Source: an uncultured Desulfocapsaceae bacterium
GTDB lineage: Bacteria; Desulfobacterota; Desulfobulbia; Desulfobulbales; Desulfocapsaceae
Assembly: GCA_964565605.1 (NCBI GenBank)
Contig: CAZMFP010000014.1
Location: forward strand, 9,700 to 73,699
Length of the DNA: 64,000 nt
Reading direction: 5' to 3'
Shown piece by piece: positions 1-9,864 of this stretch (within the stretch, counting starts at the first letter, position 1; each line of letters starts with the position of its first letter). The translations under genes and the position numbers were made by a program. Under the pieces are notes generated by a model that saw only the letters and a list, made by a program, of their open reading frames with translations, had not been told where the DNA came from and made no database searches.

Positions 1-1
1 G

Positions 2-226
2 CCTTTTGCTCCCGAGAGAGTTTTCTATGGACGACGCAAAGCCAGACAGATCCAGGACACCCAAGCAGAACTCGTTATTGCACCCTGCCACAACTGTCGC
101 GATCAGCTGATGAAATCGTTAAACAAGGAATATGATTTAAACATTGAAGTTAAATATTTATGGGAGCTTGTGGCCGACAGCCTGGTTGTTACAGAAAGCT
201 CTGATGAAGTGCCCGTAAAAGCCTAA
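2..226 (+). CDS. 3' end of a cysteine-rich CCG-domain protein (HdrB/HdrD-like), cut by the window edge
   Basis: Frame 2 is open from the window edge to TAA at 224-226. My translation is ...AELVIAPCHNCRDQLMKSLNKEYDLNIEVKYLWELVADSLVV... It lies directly upstream of hdrA. It is absent from the ORF track because there is no start codon in the window. Confidence 0.45.
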   Translation, partial: PFAPERVFYGRRKARQIQDTQAELVIAPCHNCRDQLMKSLNKEYDLNIEVKYLWELVADSLVVTESSDEVPVKA

Positions 227-305
227 AAAACAAATAATAACCCACTCAGTTGTATGATTTCAATCTGTACAGGTGAGTTGAAAGCGAATTTAGGAGACAG
301 ATATT

Positions 306-3300
306 ATGCCGGACACCAAAAAAATTGGATCAGTAATGATTGTTGGCGGCGGAATTACAGGCATGCAGACAGCACTGGATCTGGCCGATTCCGGATATTA
401 CGTTTATCTGGTGGAGAGGTCTGGAGCCATTGGCGGTGCCATGGCCCAGTTGGACAAGACCTTTCCCACAAATGACTGCTCGATGTGAATTATTGCGCCA
501 AAACTGGTTGAGTGCGGTCGGCACTTAAATATCGAGTTAATGACCCTGAGCGAAGTGACGGGAATAACAGGTGAAGCTGGGAATTTTCAAGTTCAGCTCA
601 AAGAACATCCACGCTATGTGGATATGGAAAAATGTATTGCCTGCGGCGAATGTGCAGCGAAATGTCCCAAAAAAGTGGACAGCGAATATGATGCGGCCAC
701 AGGTAAACGTAAAGCTATCTATGTCAAATATGCCCAGGCAGTTCCACTGAAGTATCAGATTGACAGTGATAGCTGCATCCGATTTAAAAAAGCAGGTGCC
801 TGCGGGTTTTGCGAGAAGGTATGCCCTGCCGGGGCTATCGATTTTGACCAGACCGAAAAAAACCATAACATTGAGGTTGGAGCCATTGTTCTGGCCCCCG
901 GCTTTGAACCATATGACCCTTCAGGAATAAACGGTTGGGGCTTTGGTCAATACCCCAATGTTGTAACCTCAATGCAGTTTGAGCGTCTACTTTCAGCTTC
1001 CGGGCCTACCGCAGGGCACCTGAACAGACCATCGGATGGCAAAGAAATTACCAAAGTCGCCTTTCTGCAATGTGTCGGCTCACGAGATGAGAACAAGTGC
1101 GGCAACGGATACTGCTCTTCAGTCTGCTGCATGTATGCCATCAAAGAAGCGGTGATGGCCAAAGAACATGTTTCTGGTCTTGGGACCACAATCTTCATGA
1201 TGGATATGCGGACCCACGGGAAAAACTTTGATCGATATTATCAGGAAGCCCGGGAAAAATCCGGCGTTCGTTTTATTCGTTGTCGTATTGGTGAAGTTGA
1301 GGAGCACGGTGAAAGCGGGGACTTACGGATTCATTACATTAACGATGAAGGCCGCCAGATAGAGGATTATTATGATATGGTGGTCCTGTCTGTAGGGATG
1401 CAGATACCGGAGCATGTCAAAAAGCTCAGCGATATGGCCGGAGTACGACTGACCCATGACGGATTTGCCTCAACTTCGGATTTTGCCCCGATCTCGACAT
1501 CCAAGGAAGGCATATACGCCTGTGGTGTTTTTGCGGGTCCAAAAGATATTCCCCAATCGGTGATGGAAGGTTCGGCTGCCGCGGCCGCTGTTGCTGACAA
1601 ATTGGCTCCTGCCCGTGGTACTCTCACCAAAGAGAAGACCTTTCCACCAGAACGAAATGTAGGCGAGGAAGAGCCAAATATCGGCATTTTTGTCTGTCAC
1701 TGCGGCTCAAATATAGCAGGTGTTGTCGACGTTGAAGACGTGGCTGATTATTCCAAGACACTTCCCAATGTCAGCCATGTTGAACGAAACCTGTTCAGTT
1801 GTTCACAGGATACTCAAGAACAACTTACACATACAATCAAAGAAAAGGGGCTGAATCGTGTAGTGATTGCCGCCTGCACCCCAAGGACCCACGAGCCGCT
1901 TTTTAGGGAAACGCTCAAAGCATCAGGACTCAACGAATACCTGATCGAAATGGCCAACATCAGAAATCAGAACTCCTGGGTTCACGCTGATACTCCCGCT
2001 GTTGCCACAACCAAGGCAAAAGATTTGATCCGGATGGCAGTTGCCAAAGTAGACAAACAGTCATCATTGCAGCGGGTTTCCGTACCGATTGACCAGGTTG
2101 GCCTGGTTGTCGGTGGTGGTGTCGCAGGGCTCACGGCTGCTTTAAATATGGCCCAACAGGGATTCAAGGTCCATCTTGTTGAAAAAAGCGATGTCTTAGG
2201 TGGCAATGCACTTTATCTTGGCCATACCTGGTCCGGGGAGTCGATTCAGAGCAAGACGGAGGCACTGATCGACGAAGTAACCAATAACGATAGAATCGTC
2301 ATCCATAAAAAGTCCAAAGTAACCGGTGCGGAAGGTTTTATCGGTAATTTTTCCACATCTATTTCAACCAAAAAGAAAAAATCACAAATAATCAATCACG
2401 GTATCGGCATCGTTGCCACCGGTGCCAGGGAATACAGGCCTGATGAATACGGCTACGGCAGGATTCCCTTTGTCGTTACCGGGCTAGAGTTTGACCGTCT
2501 GTTTGAGCTCAAAGAGCAGCATGTCGCTAAAGGCAAGTCCTTTGCTTTTATCCAGTGTGTTGGCTCCCGCGAGGGTGACAGAATGTACTGCTCAAAGGTC
2601 TGCTGCACTCATTCGATCCAGACGGCAATCAAACTCAAAGAAGAAGACCCGGGACGGAATATCTATATTCTTTATCGAGATATCCGAACCTATGGCCAAC
2701 GTGAAGCTCTCTACAAAAAGGCAAGATCCATAGGCATCATCTTCATTAACTATGAGTTACACGAAAAACCGAAAGTCGAGTATGAGAAAAAGCAGGTCAG
2801 AATAGAAGTGTGGGATCATGTTCTCCACCGCCCCTTACACATTCAAACCGACATGGTTATTCTGGCCTCTGCCATTGTTGCCAATCCGGATGCTGAAGAG
2901 CTGAACAAGCTCTACAAAGTCTCCCTTGACGGTGACGGCTTTTTCCAGGAAGCCCATGTCAAGCTGCGGCCAGTTGATTTTGCTACCGACGGCCTTTTTG
3001 TTGCCGGCCTGGCCCAGTACCCGAAACCGATGGAGGAATCGGTGGCTCAGGCATTGGCTGCCTCGGCCCGTGCCACAACACTGCTTTCCAGAAGCCACGT
3101 GAGCCTAGACGCTGTTAAGGCGGAACCGGATCTTGACAATTGTGACGGTTGCGCTCTTTGTCTTGATGTCTGTCCATTCAACGCCATCACTCTTGTTGAA
3201 CGTCAACCGGAAAACGAGGATGATGAAATTACAAAATACATAACCGTCAATAAGGCAAGCTGCAAAGGATGCGGTCTTTGCCAGGGAACATGCCCCAAAC

Positions 3301-3371
3301 GCGGCGTCCATATTCAGGGATTCACCATGGAGCAGATCAGCAGCCAGATCGAAGCGGCTCTCACTATCTGA
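306..3371 (+). CDS. hdrA: Large HdrA-like heterodisulfide reductase subunit A (two FAD/NAD-binding modules plus several 4Fe-4S motifs), a selenoprotein with Sec at TGA 486-488
   Basis: ORF-track pieces 306-488 and 540-3371 are in the same frame and are separated only by TGA 486-488 and an open stretch. Read-through gives ...[30 protein letters not shown]..., the conserved HdrA DCSxC(I/L)xxPK motif with Sec in place of Cys. Other motifs are GGGITG and GGGVAG dinucleotide folds and ferredoxin motifs [24 protein letters not shown] and [12 protein letters not shown]. An AGGAG RBS lies upstream of ATG 306. Confidence 0.85.
486..525 (+). promoter_or_regulatory. Sec-UGA plus SECIS-like hairpin of hdrA
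   Basis: TGA at 486-488 is followed by hairpin AGUGC-GGUCG-GCACU at 511-525. The GGUC-type apical loop is as in enterobacterial fdhF SECIS. Confidence 0.5.
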
Positions 3372-3407
3372 TATGAACGAAGACCTGAATAGATAAAGGA
3401 GTCTGAA

Positions 3408-3824
3408 ATGAGTTTTGAACCAAAAATAATAACCTTCTGTTGCAACTGGTGCTCATATGCGGCAGCCGATCTTGCCGGCACTGCCAGGATGCAATATCCA
3501 GCCAACGTCAGGATCATCCGGGTCATGTGCTCGGGCATGGTCCATCCTGAGTTCATTGTCGATGCCTTCCGGCAGGGGGCTGATGGCGTCATGGTCATGG
3601 GCTGACACCTGGGAGAATGCCATTACCTGGACGGTAATCATAAAGCCCTGGCCAGATCAAATATGATCGACGAACTCCTGGAAGATTTTGGTTTTGATAA
3701 CGAGAGGTTTTCAATTTCATGGGTCTCTTCCGCCGAACCTGACAAGTTCGTCCAGGCGGTAACAAAAATGACCGAACATGTCAGGAAACTGGGCCCGACA
3801 GACAACCAGGCCCAAGCTGCTTAA
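3408..3824 (+). CDS. mvhD: MvhD-like [2Fe-2S] hydrogenase/Hdr connector subunit, a selenoprotein with Sec at TGA 3603-3605
   Basis: The ORF track stops at 3605. Read-through in the same frame gives ...[58 protein letters not shown]... up to TAA 3822-3824. This matches the MvhD G-C-H-x-G-x-C-H-Y motif with Sec for the first Cys. Confidence 0.85.
3603..3638 (+). promoter_or_regulatory. Sec-UGA plus SECIS-like hairpin of mvhD
   Basis: TGA at 3603-3605 is followed by hairpin AUUACC-UGGAC-GGUAAU at 3622-3638. Confidence 0.5.
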
Positions 3825-3834
3825 AGGAGAAACT

Positions 3835-4782
3835 ATGGGAGTAACAACTGCATTAGAATGGCTGAGCTCATGTTCCGGCTGTGAAATTGCTGTCTTGAAT
3901 ATTGGTGAAGCCCTGGTTCCTATCCTCACCGAAAAGCTGGACATTGTCCATGCCCCGGTGATCATGGACCATAAATATTATGGACAATGCGGTGATGAAG
4001 GTGAAGAACTGCAAATTCCTGAAGCGGTCGTCGGTATTGTTACCGGCGGCGTTACCAATGAAGAACACCTTGAGGTTTTGCAGGAAATGCGCAAAAAGTG
4101 CAAAGTACTCATCGCCCTTGGTTCCTGTGCCACTCAAGGAGGCATCCCTGCCCTGATGAATGGCCAGGATTCCCAGGAAAGCTTTAAGGCAATTTATCAT
4201 ACCCCTTCCACTGACCCCGGCGCCTCACTGCCTGACCAGGTGGTCCCCAAACTCCTGGAGCGAACATACGCCCTCGATGAAAAGGTTGAGATCGACCTGC
4301 AGCTTGCCGGGTGCCCGCCCAATCCTGCTCATATTGCTGAAGTCATCATCTCCTTACTGGAAGACCGTGATCCGGTATTGCCGACCAAAAGCGTCTGCGA
4401 CACCTGCCCCACACTGCGTAAGGGAAAAGGTGAAGTACAGCAGGTTCGCCGCTTTGTTGAGAATGCCGACTTTGACCCGGAAAAGCCCATCAGTGAAATG
4501 CGATGCTTACTTGAACAGGGTTTTTTATGCATGGGACCGGTAACTGCTGCCGGTTGCCAAAAACGTGGTGTACCCACCTGCATCGAAGCCCGCGTTCCAT
4601 GTCGTGGCTGTTTCGGATCAGTCCGTCCCAAGGGGAGCCAACTGCTTGATATGATGAACGCTCTGGCCAGTAACGGAATAGATTACACATCCGTTGTCGA
4701 CAGAAAGTCGATCCAGAGGTTCTGTGGAGCCCACGGCAATCTGAGGCCAATTAAGAAAAAGATTGTGAAGGAGGAAAGCTAA
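3835..4782 (+). CDS. mvhG: [NiFe]-hydrogenase small subunit (MvhG type, no Tat signal)
   Basis: ATG 3835 follows an AAAGGAGA RBS. The sequence MGVTTALEWLSSCSGCEIAVLNIGE... carries the N-terminal CxGC cluster motif of hydrogenase small subunits and C-terminal Cys clusters. The gene lies between mvhD and the large subunit. The ORF-track start at 3778 overlaps mvhD and is unlikely. Confidence 0.85.
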   Translation: MGVTTALEWLSSCSGCEIAVLNIGEALVPILTEKLDIVHAPVIMDHKYYGQCGDEGEELQIPEAVVGIVTGGVTNEEHLEVLQEMRKKCKVLIALGSCATQGGIPALMNGQDSQESFKAIYHTPSTDPGASLPDQVVPKLLERTYALDEKVEIDLQLAGCPPNPAHIAEVIISLLEDRDPVLPTKSVCDTCPTLRKGKGEVQQVRRFVENADFDPEKPISEMRCLLEQGFLCMGPVTAAGCQKRGVPTCIEARVPCRGCFGSVRPKGSQLLDMMNALASNGIDYTSVVDRKSIQRFCGAHGNLRPIKKKIVKEES

Positions 4783-4783
4783 A

Positions 4784-6232
4784 ATGGGTAAGGTGTTAAA
4801 CATACAACCGGTAACCCGAATTGAGGGACACGCTCGTATCTCCATCCATCTTGACGATGACGGCAATGTAGACGAAGCTTATATGTCGCTGATGTCTCTG
4901 CGAGGATTTGAAAAATTTATCGAGGGCAGACCGGCCGAAGAAGTCCCTCGGATAGTAACCCGTATTTGCGGCATCTGTCCATGGATGCATCATACAGCCT
5001 CCAACAAGGCGGTTGATGGCTGTTTTGGCGTAACCCCCACTCCGACAGGTCACAGGCTCAGAGAACTTTTACAGGTAATGGCTCATATTAATGACAAGAT
5101 CCTCCACTTTTTCTTCCTGGCAGCACCTGACTTTGTCCTTGGGCCGGATGCCGATTATTCAGTTAGAAATGTTATTGGTGTAGTCAAAGCGGCTCCTGAA
5201 CTGGCGACCCAGGTTGTGAAAATGCGGCAGCTTGGCCAGATGATGCTGGACCGCTTTGCCGGCAAGGCCATCCATCCCATTGCCGCAGTGACCGGTGGTT
5301 TTTCCAAACCGATGCTGGAGTCCGAACGTGTTGAGCTTCTGAAAGACACAGAGACCTTACTTGACTTCAGTCGCTATGCTCTCGACTACGCAAAAGAAAA
5401 CGTCTTTAGTAAATATATCGACGTTATTGGAGAACTGGGTGTCATCAACACCGGTTTTTTAGGCACTGTTGACCGCGAGGATGGTTCATTCAGGATTTAT
5501 GACGGCATACAGCGGCTGATGAAACCGGATGGCAGCTATATCGATTTTGAGGGAGAGGAGTATCTTAACTACATTGGAGAACACGTAGAACCATGGAGTT
5601 ATGGCAAGATGCCGTATGCCAAATCATGGAACGAAGGATTTTCCCTTGACCTGGATTCCCCTAAAGGCATTTACAGGGCAAATACCCTAGCCCGTATCAA
5701 TGTTTGTGACCAGATGGCCACACCAAAGGCACAGGAAGCTCTTGAAGAATTTCGCGCGGCTTTCGGCCGTCCGGCACAGGCCACCCTGCTCTATCATTAT
5801 GCCCGCTTAATCGAGTTGGTTTATGCCTGCGAACGGACCATCGAACTGCTTAACTGGGACGGTATAACCGACACCAATGTCCGGGCCAAGGTTGAACCCA
5901 AGGCCGGTCGGGGTGTTGGAGTCGTCGAAGCCCCGAGGGGTACTCTTATTCACGATTACACAACAGATGAAAACGGCTGTATCAAGGATGCCAACCTGAT
6001 CGTGGGGACAACCCACAATATTGGGCCGATGAACATGAGTGTCAAGCAGGCGGCCAACCTGTTGATCAAAGACGGAAAATATGACGAGGCAATTTTAAAC
6101 AAGGTGGAGATGGCAGTCCGGGCCTACGACCCCTGAATGTCCTGCGCCACTCACCGCCTGGATGGCGGCATCCCCCTTGCTCTTGACATTGTTGATGCAA
6201 AAGGGAAACTGATTGAAACGTTATCAAACTGA
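4784..6232 (+). CDS. mvhA: [NiFeSe]-hydrogenase large subunit (MvhA type), Sec at TGA 6134-6136
   Basis: The N-terminal RIEGHARI and RICGICPWMHH motifs are present. The ORF track ends at ...VRAYDP followed by TGA. Read-through gives DP-U-MSCATHRLDGGIPLALDIVDAKGKLIETLSN and then TGA 6230-6232. DPUxxCxxH is the C-terminal Ni-binding motif with Sec as the Ni ligand. Confidence 0.9.
6134..6168 (+). promoter_or_regulatory. Sec-UGA plus SECIS-like hairpin of mvhA
   Basis: TGA at 6134-6136 is followed by hairpin CCGCC-UGGAU-GGCGG at 6154-6168. Confidence 0.45.
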
Positions 6233-6341
6233 CTCACCTTTTTCTCGCTCCTCTATTCCCCGGAGGTTACCCAAAACCATAGAGGGCGAGAGAAATGGTG
6301 GTCTATGCAAGCGCTGCCCAGCGCCAGATTGGAGTTGCTCT

Positions 6342-6593
6342 ATGTCACAGAAAAAACAACGATCAAACCGACCGACGGTTCGTGCCGAGAATCCTCGCGG
6401 AGCCTGCGGCAATATTGATCACATGACCATCGACGAATTGAAAGCACTCTCGGTTGGAGAGCATTTTGATGGCAGATGTCCCAGCTGTGGTCTCTTTCAT
6501 TTAAAACGATCAGACATTGAGCAGATTGAGTCACAAAAAATCAGTTCAACGTCCTACTATGCCGAAATGAAAGAACAAGCTGAAGAGAAGTGA
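6342..6593 (+). CDS. Hypothetical small protein with a CxxC motif
   Basis: ATG 6342 has GGAG about 7 nt upstream. The ORF-track start at 6213 would overlap the Sec extension of mvhA. I recognise no family. Confidence 0.35.
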   Translation: MSQKKQRSNRPTVRAENPRGACGNIDHMTIDELKALSVGEHFDGRCPSCGLFHLKRSDIEQIESQKISSTSYYAEMKEQAEEK

Positions 6594-6816
6594 GCGCCTT
6601 CAGCATGAAATAAGTAAACAGGAGGAGTATCCCCGGCCTATCCTGATCAAGTGAAATCCCCTTCTTTTTCACTTGTTCAGGATGGCTGGTGTAGGCAGGA
6701 GTTATGATTTTCTGCCCAAAGAGGAGGGCCGGGTTGCGAGTAAACAGAAATATTTTGTTCTAACGAAGATCCTTTAACAATCTACTTCACTATTTTAAGT
6801 ATTCTAAAAACAAATA

Positions 6817-6856
6817 AAGCCCCGACCGATTTCAAACCGGCCGGGGCTTTATCTAT
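6817..6856. terminator. Bidirectional intrinsic terminator
   Basis: The GC-rich stem aagccccgaccg / cggccggggctt has T-rich tracts on both strands. It sits between the convergent genes ending at 6593 (+) and 6885 (-). Confidence 0.6.
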
Positions 6857-6884
6857 TTGTATCTGATGAATATTTACGATGAAG

Positions 6885-7571
6885 TTATTTTTTCATTTTC
6901 ATCTTTTTCATCATCATCTTCCGTTTTTCCGCTCTTCTCTTTCGAATCATCATGGTATCCTTGGCCATTCCCAGATAAGATTCGGTTAAGGCTTCATCAA
7001 ATGTTGCTGTTTTTCCGCCATTGGCAGCCTGGGCAGCCTTTGCTTTTTCCGGTGACGCAAATGCCATTTTTGATTTTGCCGACATTGTGCCCGGAAGCTT
7101 TGAACCGACCAGGTAGGTCATTTTATCAACATTCGCCAGGGGCTTCATCTTGCCATCTGCACCAAAATCGGCAGCATAGATACCCTTTATTCCGCGATCA
7201 AGATTAAGAGAAAGACTAATTGCCAGACAGTGGATAGAGCACGTTCCATCTACCAGGTCATCACTGTAATGAACAAGGTGACGGCTATGGCTCCACATTT
7301 TTCTGACCATCCCGCAATAAGGACATCTCTTATATTTTGTCATGTCATCTTTCAAAGGATTAGCATCGGGAGCGGTTTTGGGAATAAACTGCAATGGTGT
7401 ACCGTCGCCATCACATCTCTCACCCTGCTTCATCCAACCCTTTCCAGGTAGCATGGCGCCAACACTTTTTGCAGCTGCATTTCTGCTATACAAGCCGACA
7501 AATCCGGCAGCAGAGGTCAAAGCCATAAATTTGAGAGCCATACGGCGAGTAATTGTATTATTTTCTTTCAT
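6885..7571 (-). CDS. NosL-family-like periplasmic metal-binding protein with a Tat-type signal and a Met/Lys-rich tail
   Basis: The N-terminus ITRRMALKFMALTSAAGF is a twin-arginine-like signal. The CPYCGM motif is typical of the NosL family. The C-terminal tail is RKRRAEKRKMMMKKMKMKK. Confidence 0.55.
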   Translation of the reverse strand: MKENNTITRRMALKFMALTSAAGFVGLYSRNAAAKSVGAMLPGKGWMKQGERCDGDGTPLQFIPKTAPDANPLKDDMTKYKRCPYCGMVRKMWSHSRHLVHYSDDLVDGTCSIHCLAISLSLNLDRGIKGIYAADFGADGKMKPLANVDKMTYLVGSKLPGTMSAKSKMAFASPEKAKAAQAANGGKTATFDEALTESYLGMAKDTMMIRKRRAEKRKMMMKKMKMKK

Positions 7572-8033
7572 AATAGTTCCCCAATAGTTTTAAAAGACCG
7601 GTTTCAAAGTGGAAAAATCAAACAACTCTGTAATGATAGAAGAAAAGATCAATATATTCCACTCTCCCTTATTAAACGAGTATCTATCTATAAATGAATT
7701 TTTCCCACATCAAGGCATAGAAAAAATCTTACCAGAACCATATTGCTGGTATCCCAAGGAGTTAATTTTCTCTACAACGAAGAGTTAGGAGTAAAAGGCC
7801 ATTTGCAGATATTCCTAACCACTATACCATACAACGCCTCATCCAGGGTGTGGCATTTTGTCGCACCTCTTTTACTCTCCCTGCTGGCATCAATTCATTC
7901 TGCAATGTTCTTTTTATTTCCAAGGGCAAAATTTGAGGGTTTATTGCCGACAAAGAAACTTTCAAGTAGTATTGGCGCAATTTTCCGTAATCCAGAAAGG
8001 TTACAAATGATTGAATAATACTAATTGAGCAAG

Positions 8034-9662
8034 ATGAAAAAATATATAATCGGTATTGATACAGGTGGAACATATACAGACGGTATTCTTATCAAGGCGA
8101 AAAATAATACTGTGATCAGCTCGGTGAAACAGCCGACAACTCACCACAACCTGGCAGTCGGCACGGCAAACACACTCAAGAGCCTTCTAAATAGGTCTTC
8201 TGTGAACAGCTATGAAATCTCCCACCTTGCTATTTCCACAACCCTTGCGACCAATGCAGTCGTTGAAAAGAAAGGGGCCAGGGTGGGTCTTTTTGTTATC
8301 GGTTATGTGAAACATTTTCGTCTACCTGTTGTTGCCAACATTTTTATCAAAGGCGGACACACAATTACAGGGGATGAGGAAGAACCCCTTGATATTGAAA
8401 ACATTGTTGATTCCGTCAACGGCTTAAAAGATGAGGTTGATGCCTATGCGATTTGCGGTGCCATGGCCATGGAGAATCCAAGCCATGAATTAGTGGCTGA
8501 AAAAGCTATTTCCATGCTTGACCCAAAGCCTGTTTTCTGCTCTCACCGGGTTTCCATTCATGCCGGTATGCAGGGAAGAGCTGCAACAGCAGCCCTGCAT
8601 GCCAAGCTGATGCCGCTCATGCAGGATTATATCGTCGGGATTCAAGCCGCCATGATACAAGAAGGTCTTTCCTGCCCAGTATCGATCATCAGTGGCAACG
8701 GAAAACCGGTTTCAACCCACGAAGCCATTGATCGTGCCGGAATAACAGTTGCCAGCGGGCCCGCCTGTACAGCATTTTTTGGCAGTATGCAGACTGAAAA
8801 TAGTGCCCTGGTCGTTGATGTTGGCGGCACCACCACGGACATTGCCATCATCAAAAACTCTCAGCCGGAGATGGCTCCGGACGGCTGCCGAATCGGTGAA
8901 TGGCAGACCCATGTGGAAGCTGTGAATATGATGACCGGTGGCATTGGCGGTGACAGTCTGGTACGTCTATTGACCGACGGGAATATGGAAATTGGGCCGG
9001 GCAGAGTAACGCCTCTGTCGATGAGTAAAAGTCTCACAGAAGCAGAAAAGTGGTTAGGCCGAGATGATACGGCAAAATCCATTCTTCTTTCTCCTGACAG
9101 TCAAACAGACGGTGAAAATCCTGATCCTATTCTTGACTATTTACACAAACACGGTTCAGCCACACTGGGCATGCTTCAAAAAGGTACGGGATTAAGTACA
9201 ATTCCGCTGGAGAAAAACCTGGAAAAGCTTGCGGGAAAACAGCTCATCGAGGAGATCGGTTTCACACCGACAGATGCTCTTCATGTTTTGGACCGCATCA
9301 GCTTGGGAGTTAAGGACCAGGCTGTTGCCGGTGCCCGTGTACTGGCTCAATTAGCTGGTATGAATGTCGAGCAGTTCTGCCGGCAAATCATTCAACAGAC
9401 AGAGGAAAAAATTGAAGATCTGATCATCGATTATATTATCCGCAGAAACTGGGGAAAGTCTCTCACCTCGTTTATCACCAGCCGAAATAACCATCCCGAA
9501 CTTGGTGTCAGTTTTTCCCTCAAAATACCCATTATCGGTATTGGGGCTGCGGCTTCCTCATTTCTTCCAGGGGTTGCCAGACAACTTGGAACAACTGTAA
9601 CCTTCCCTCCCCACTGTGAAGTCGGTAATGCTTTTGGAGCAGCAACTCGCTGTACTACGTAA
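8034..9662 (+). CDS. Hydantoinase/oxoprolinase (HyuA-like, ASKHA fold) family protein
   Basis: MKKYIIGIDTGGTYTDGILI... and the later VVDVGGTTTDIAII are the two phosphate-binding motifs of the hydantoinase A / acetone carboxylase-like family. ATG 8034 is preferred over TTG 8025. Confidence 0.7.
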   Translation: MKKYIIGIDTGGTYTDGILIKAKNNTVISSVKQPTTHHNLAVGTANTLKSLLNRSSVNSYEISHLAISTTLATNAVVEKKGARVGLFVIGYVKHFRLPVVANIFIKGGHTITGDEEEPLDIENIVDSVNGLKDEVDAYAICGAMAMENPSHELVAEKAISMLDPKPVFCSHRVSIHAGMQGRAATAALHAKLMPLMQDYIVGIQAAMIQEGLSCPVSIISGNGKPVSTHEAIDRAGITVASGPACTAFFGSMQTENSALVVDVGGTTTDIAIIKNSQPEMAPDGCRIGEWQTHVEAVNMMTGGIGGDSLVRLLTDGNMEIGPGRVTPLSMSKSLTEAEKWLGRDDTAKSILLSPDSQTDGENPDPILDYLHKHGSATLGMLQKGTGLSTIPLEKNLEKLAGKQLIEEIGFTPTDALHVLDRISLGVKDQAVAGARVLAQLAGMNVEQFCRQIIQQTEEKIEDLIIDYIIRRNWGKSLTSFITSRNNHPELGVSFSLKIPIIGIGAAASSFLPGVARQLGTTVTFPPHCEVGNAFGAATRCTT

Positions 9663-9666
9663 TTAT

Positions 9667-9729
9667 CTGATTATTAAGAAAGCTTTGATAACACTGGGTA
9701 TTGCCAAGGGAAGAATCATTGGTGATGAG
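9667..9729. repeat. Short form of the intergenic palindromic (MITE-like) element
   Basis: ctgattattaagaaagct..taacac.gggtattgccaa joined to ..gaagaatcattggtgatgag. This matches the two termini of the full elements at 50510-50727 and 53560-53775, with the centre missing. Confidence 0.45.
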
Positions 9730-9864
9730 AAATAATTGTTGCTATAGCCACAAACGTTCAACTATTCGATAACTCCAGTGGTCGGGTCGGATCAGCTAGA
9801 GTCAGAAATACCGGGTTGCAATAGTTTTTACCTGCAGTGATTTTTATTAACGGATAAAGCACTC

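Noticed and set aside
254-528. ORF-track entries 254-475, 340-528 and 330-524(-) around the start of hdrA
   Set aside because: They overlap the hdrA frame, which carries clear FAD-binding and HdrA motifs. They have no independent support.
6213-6341. The upstream extension of the ORF starting at 6213
   Set aside because: It would overlap the Sec read-through tail of mvhA (to 6232). The internal ATG 6342 has a GGAG RBS.
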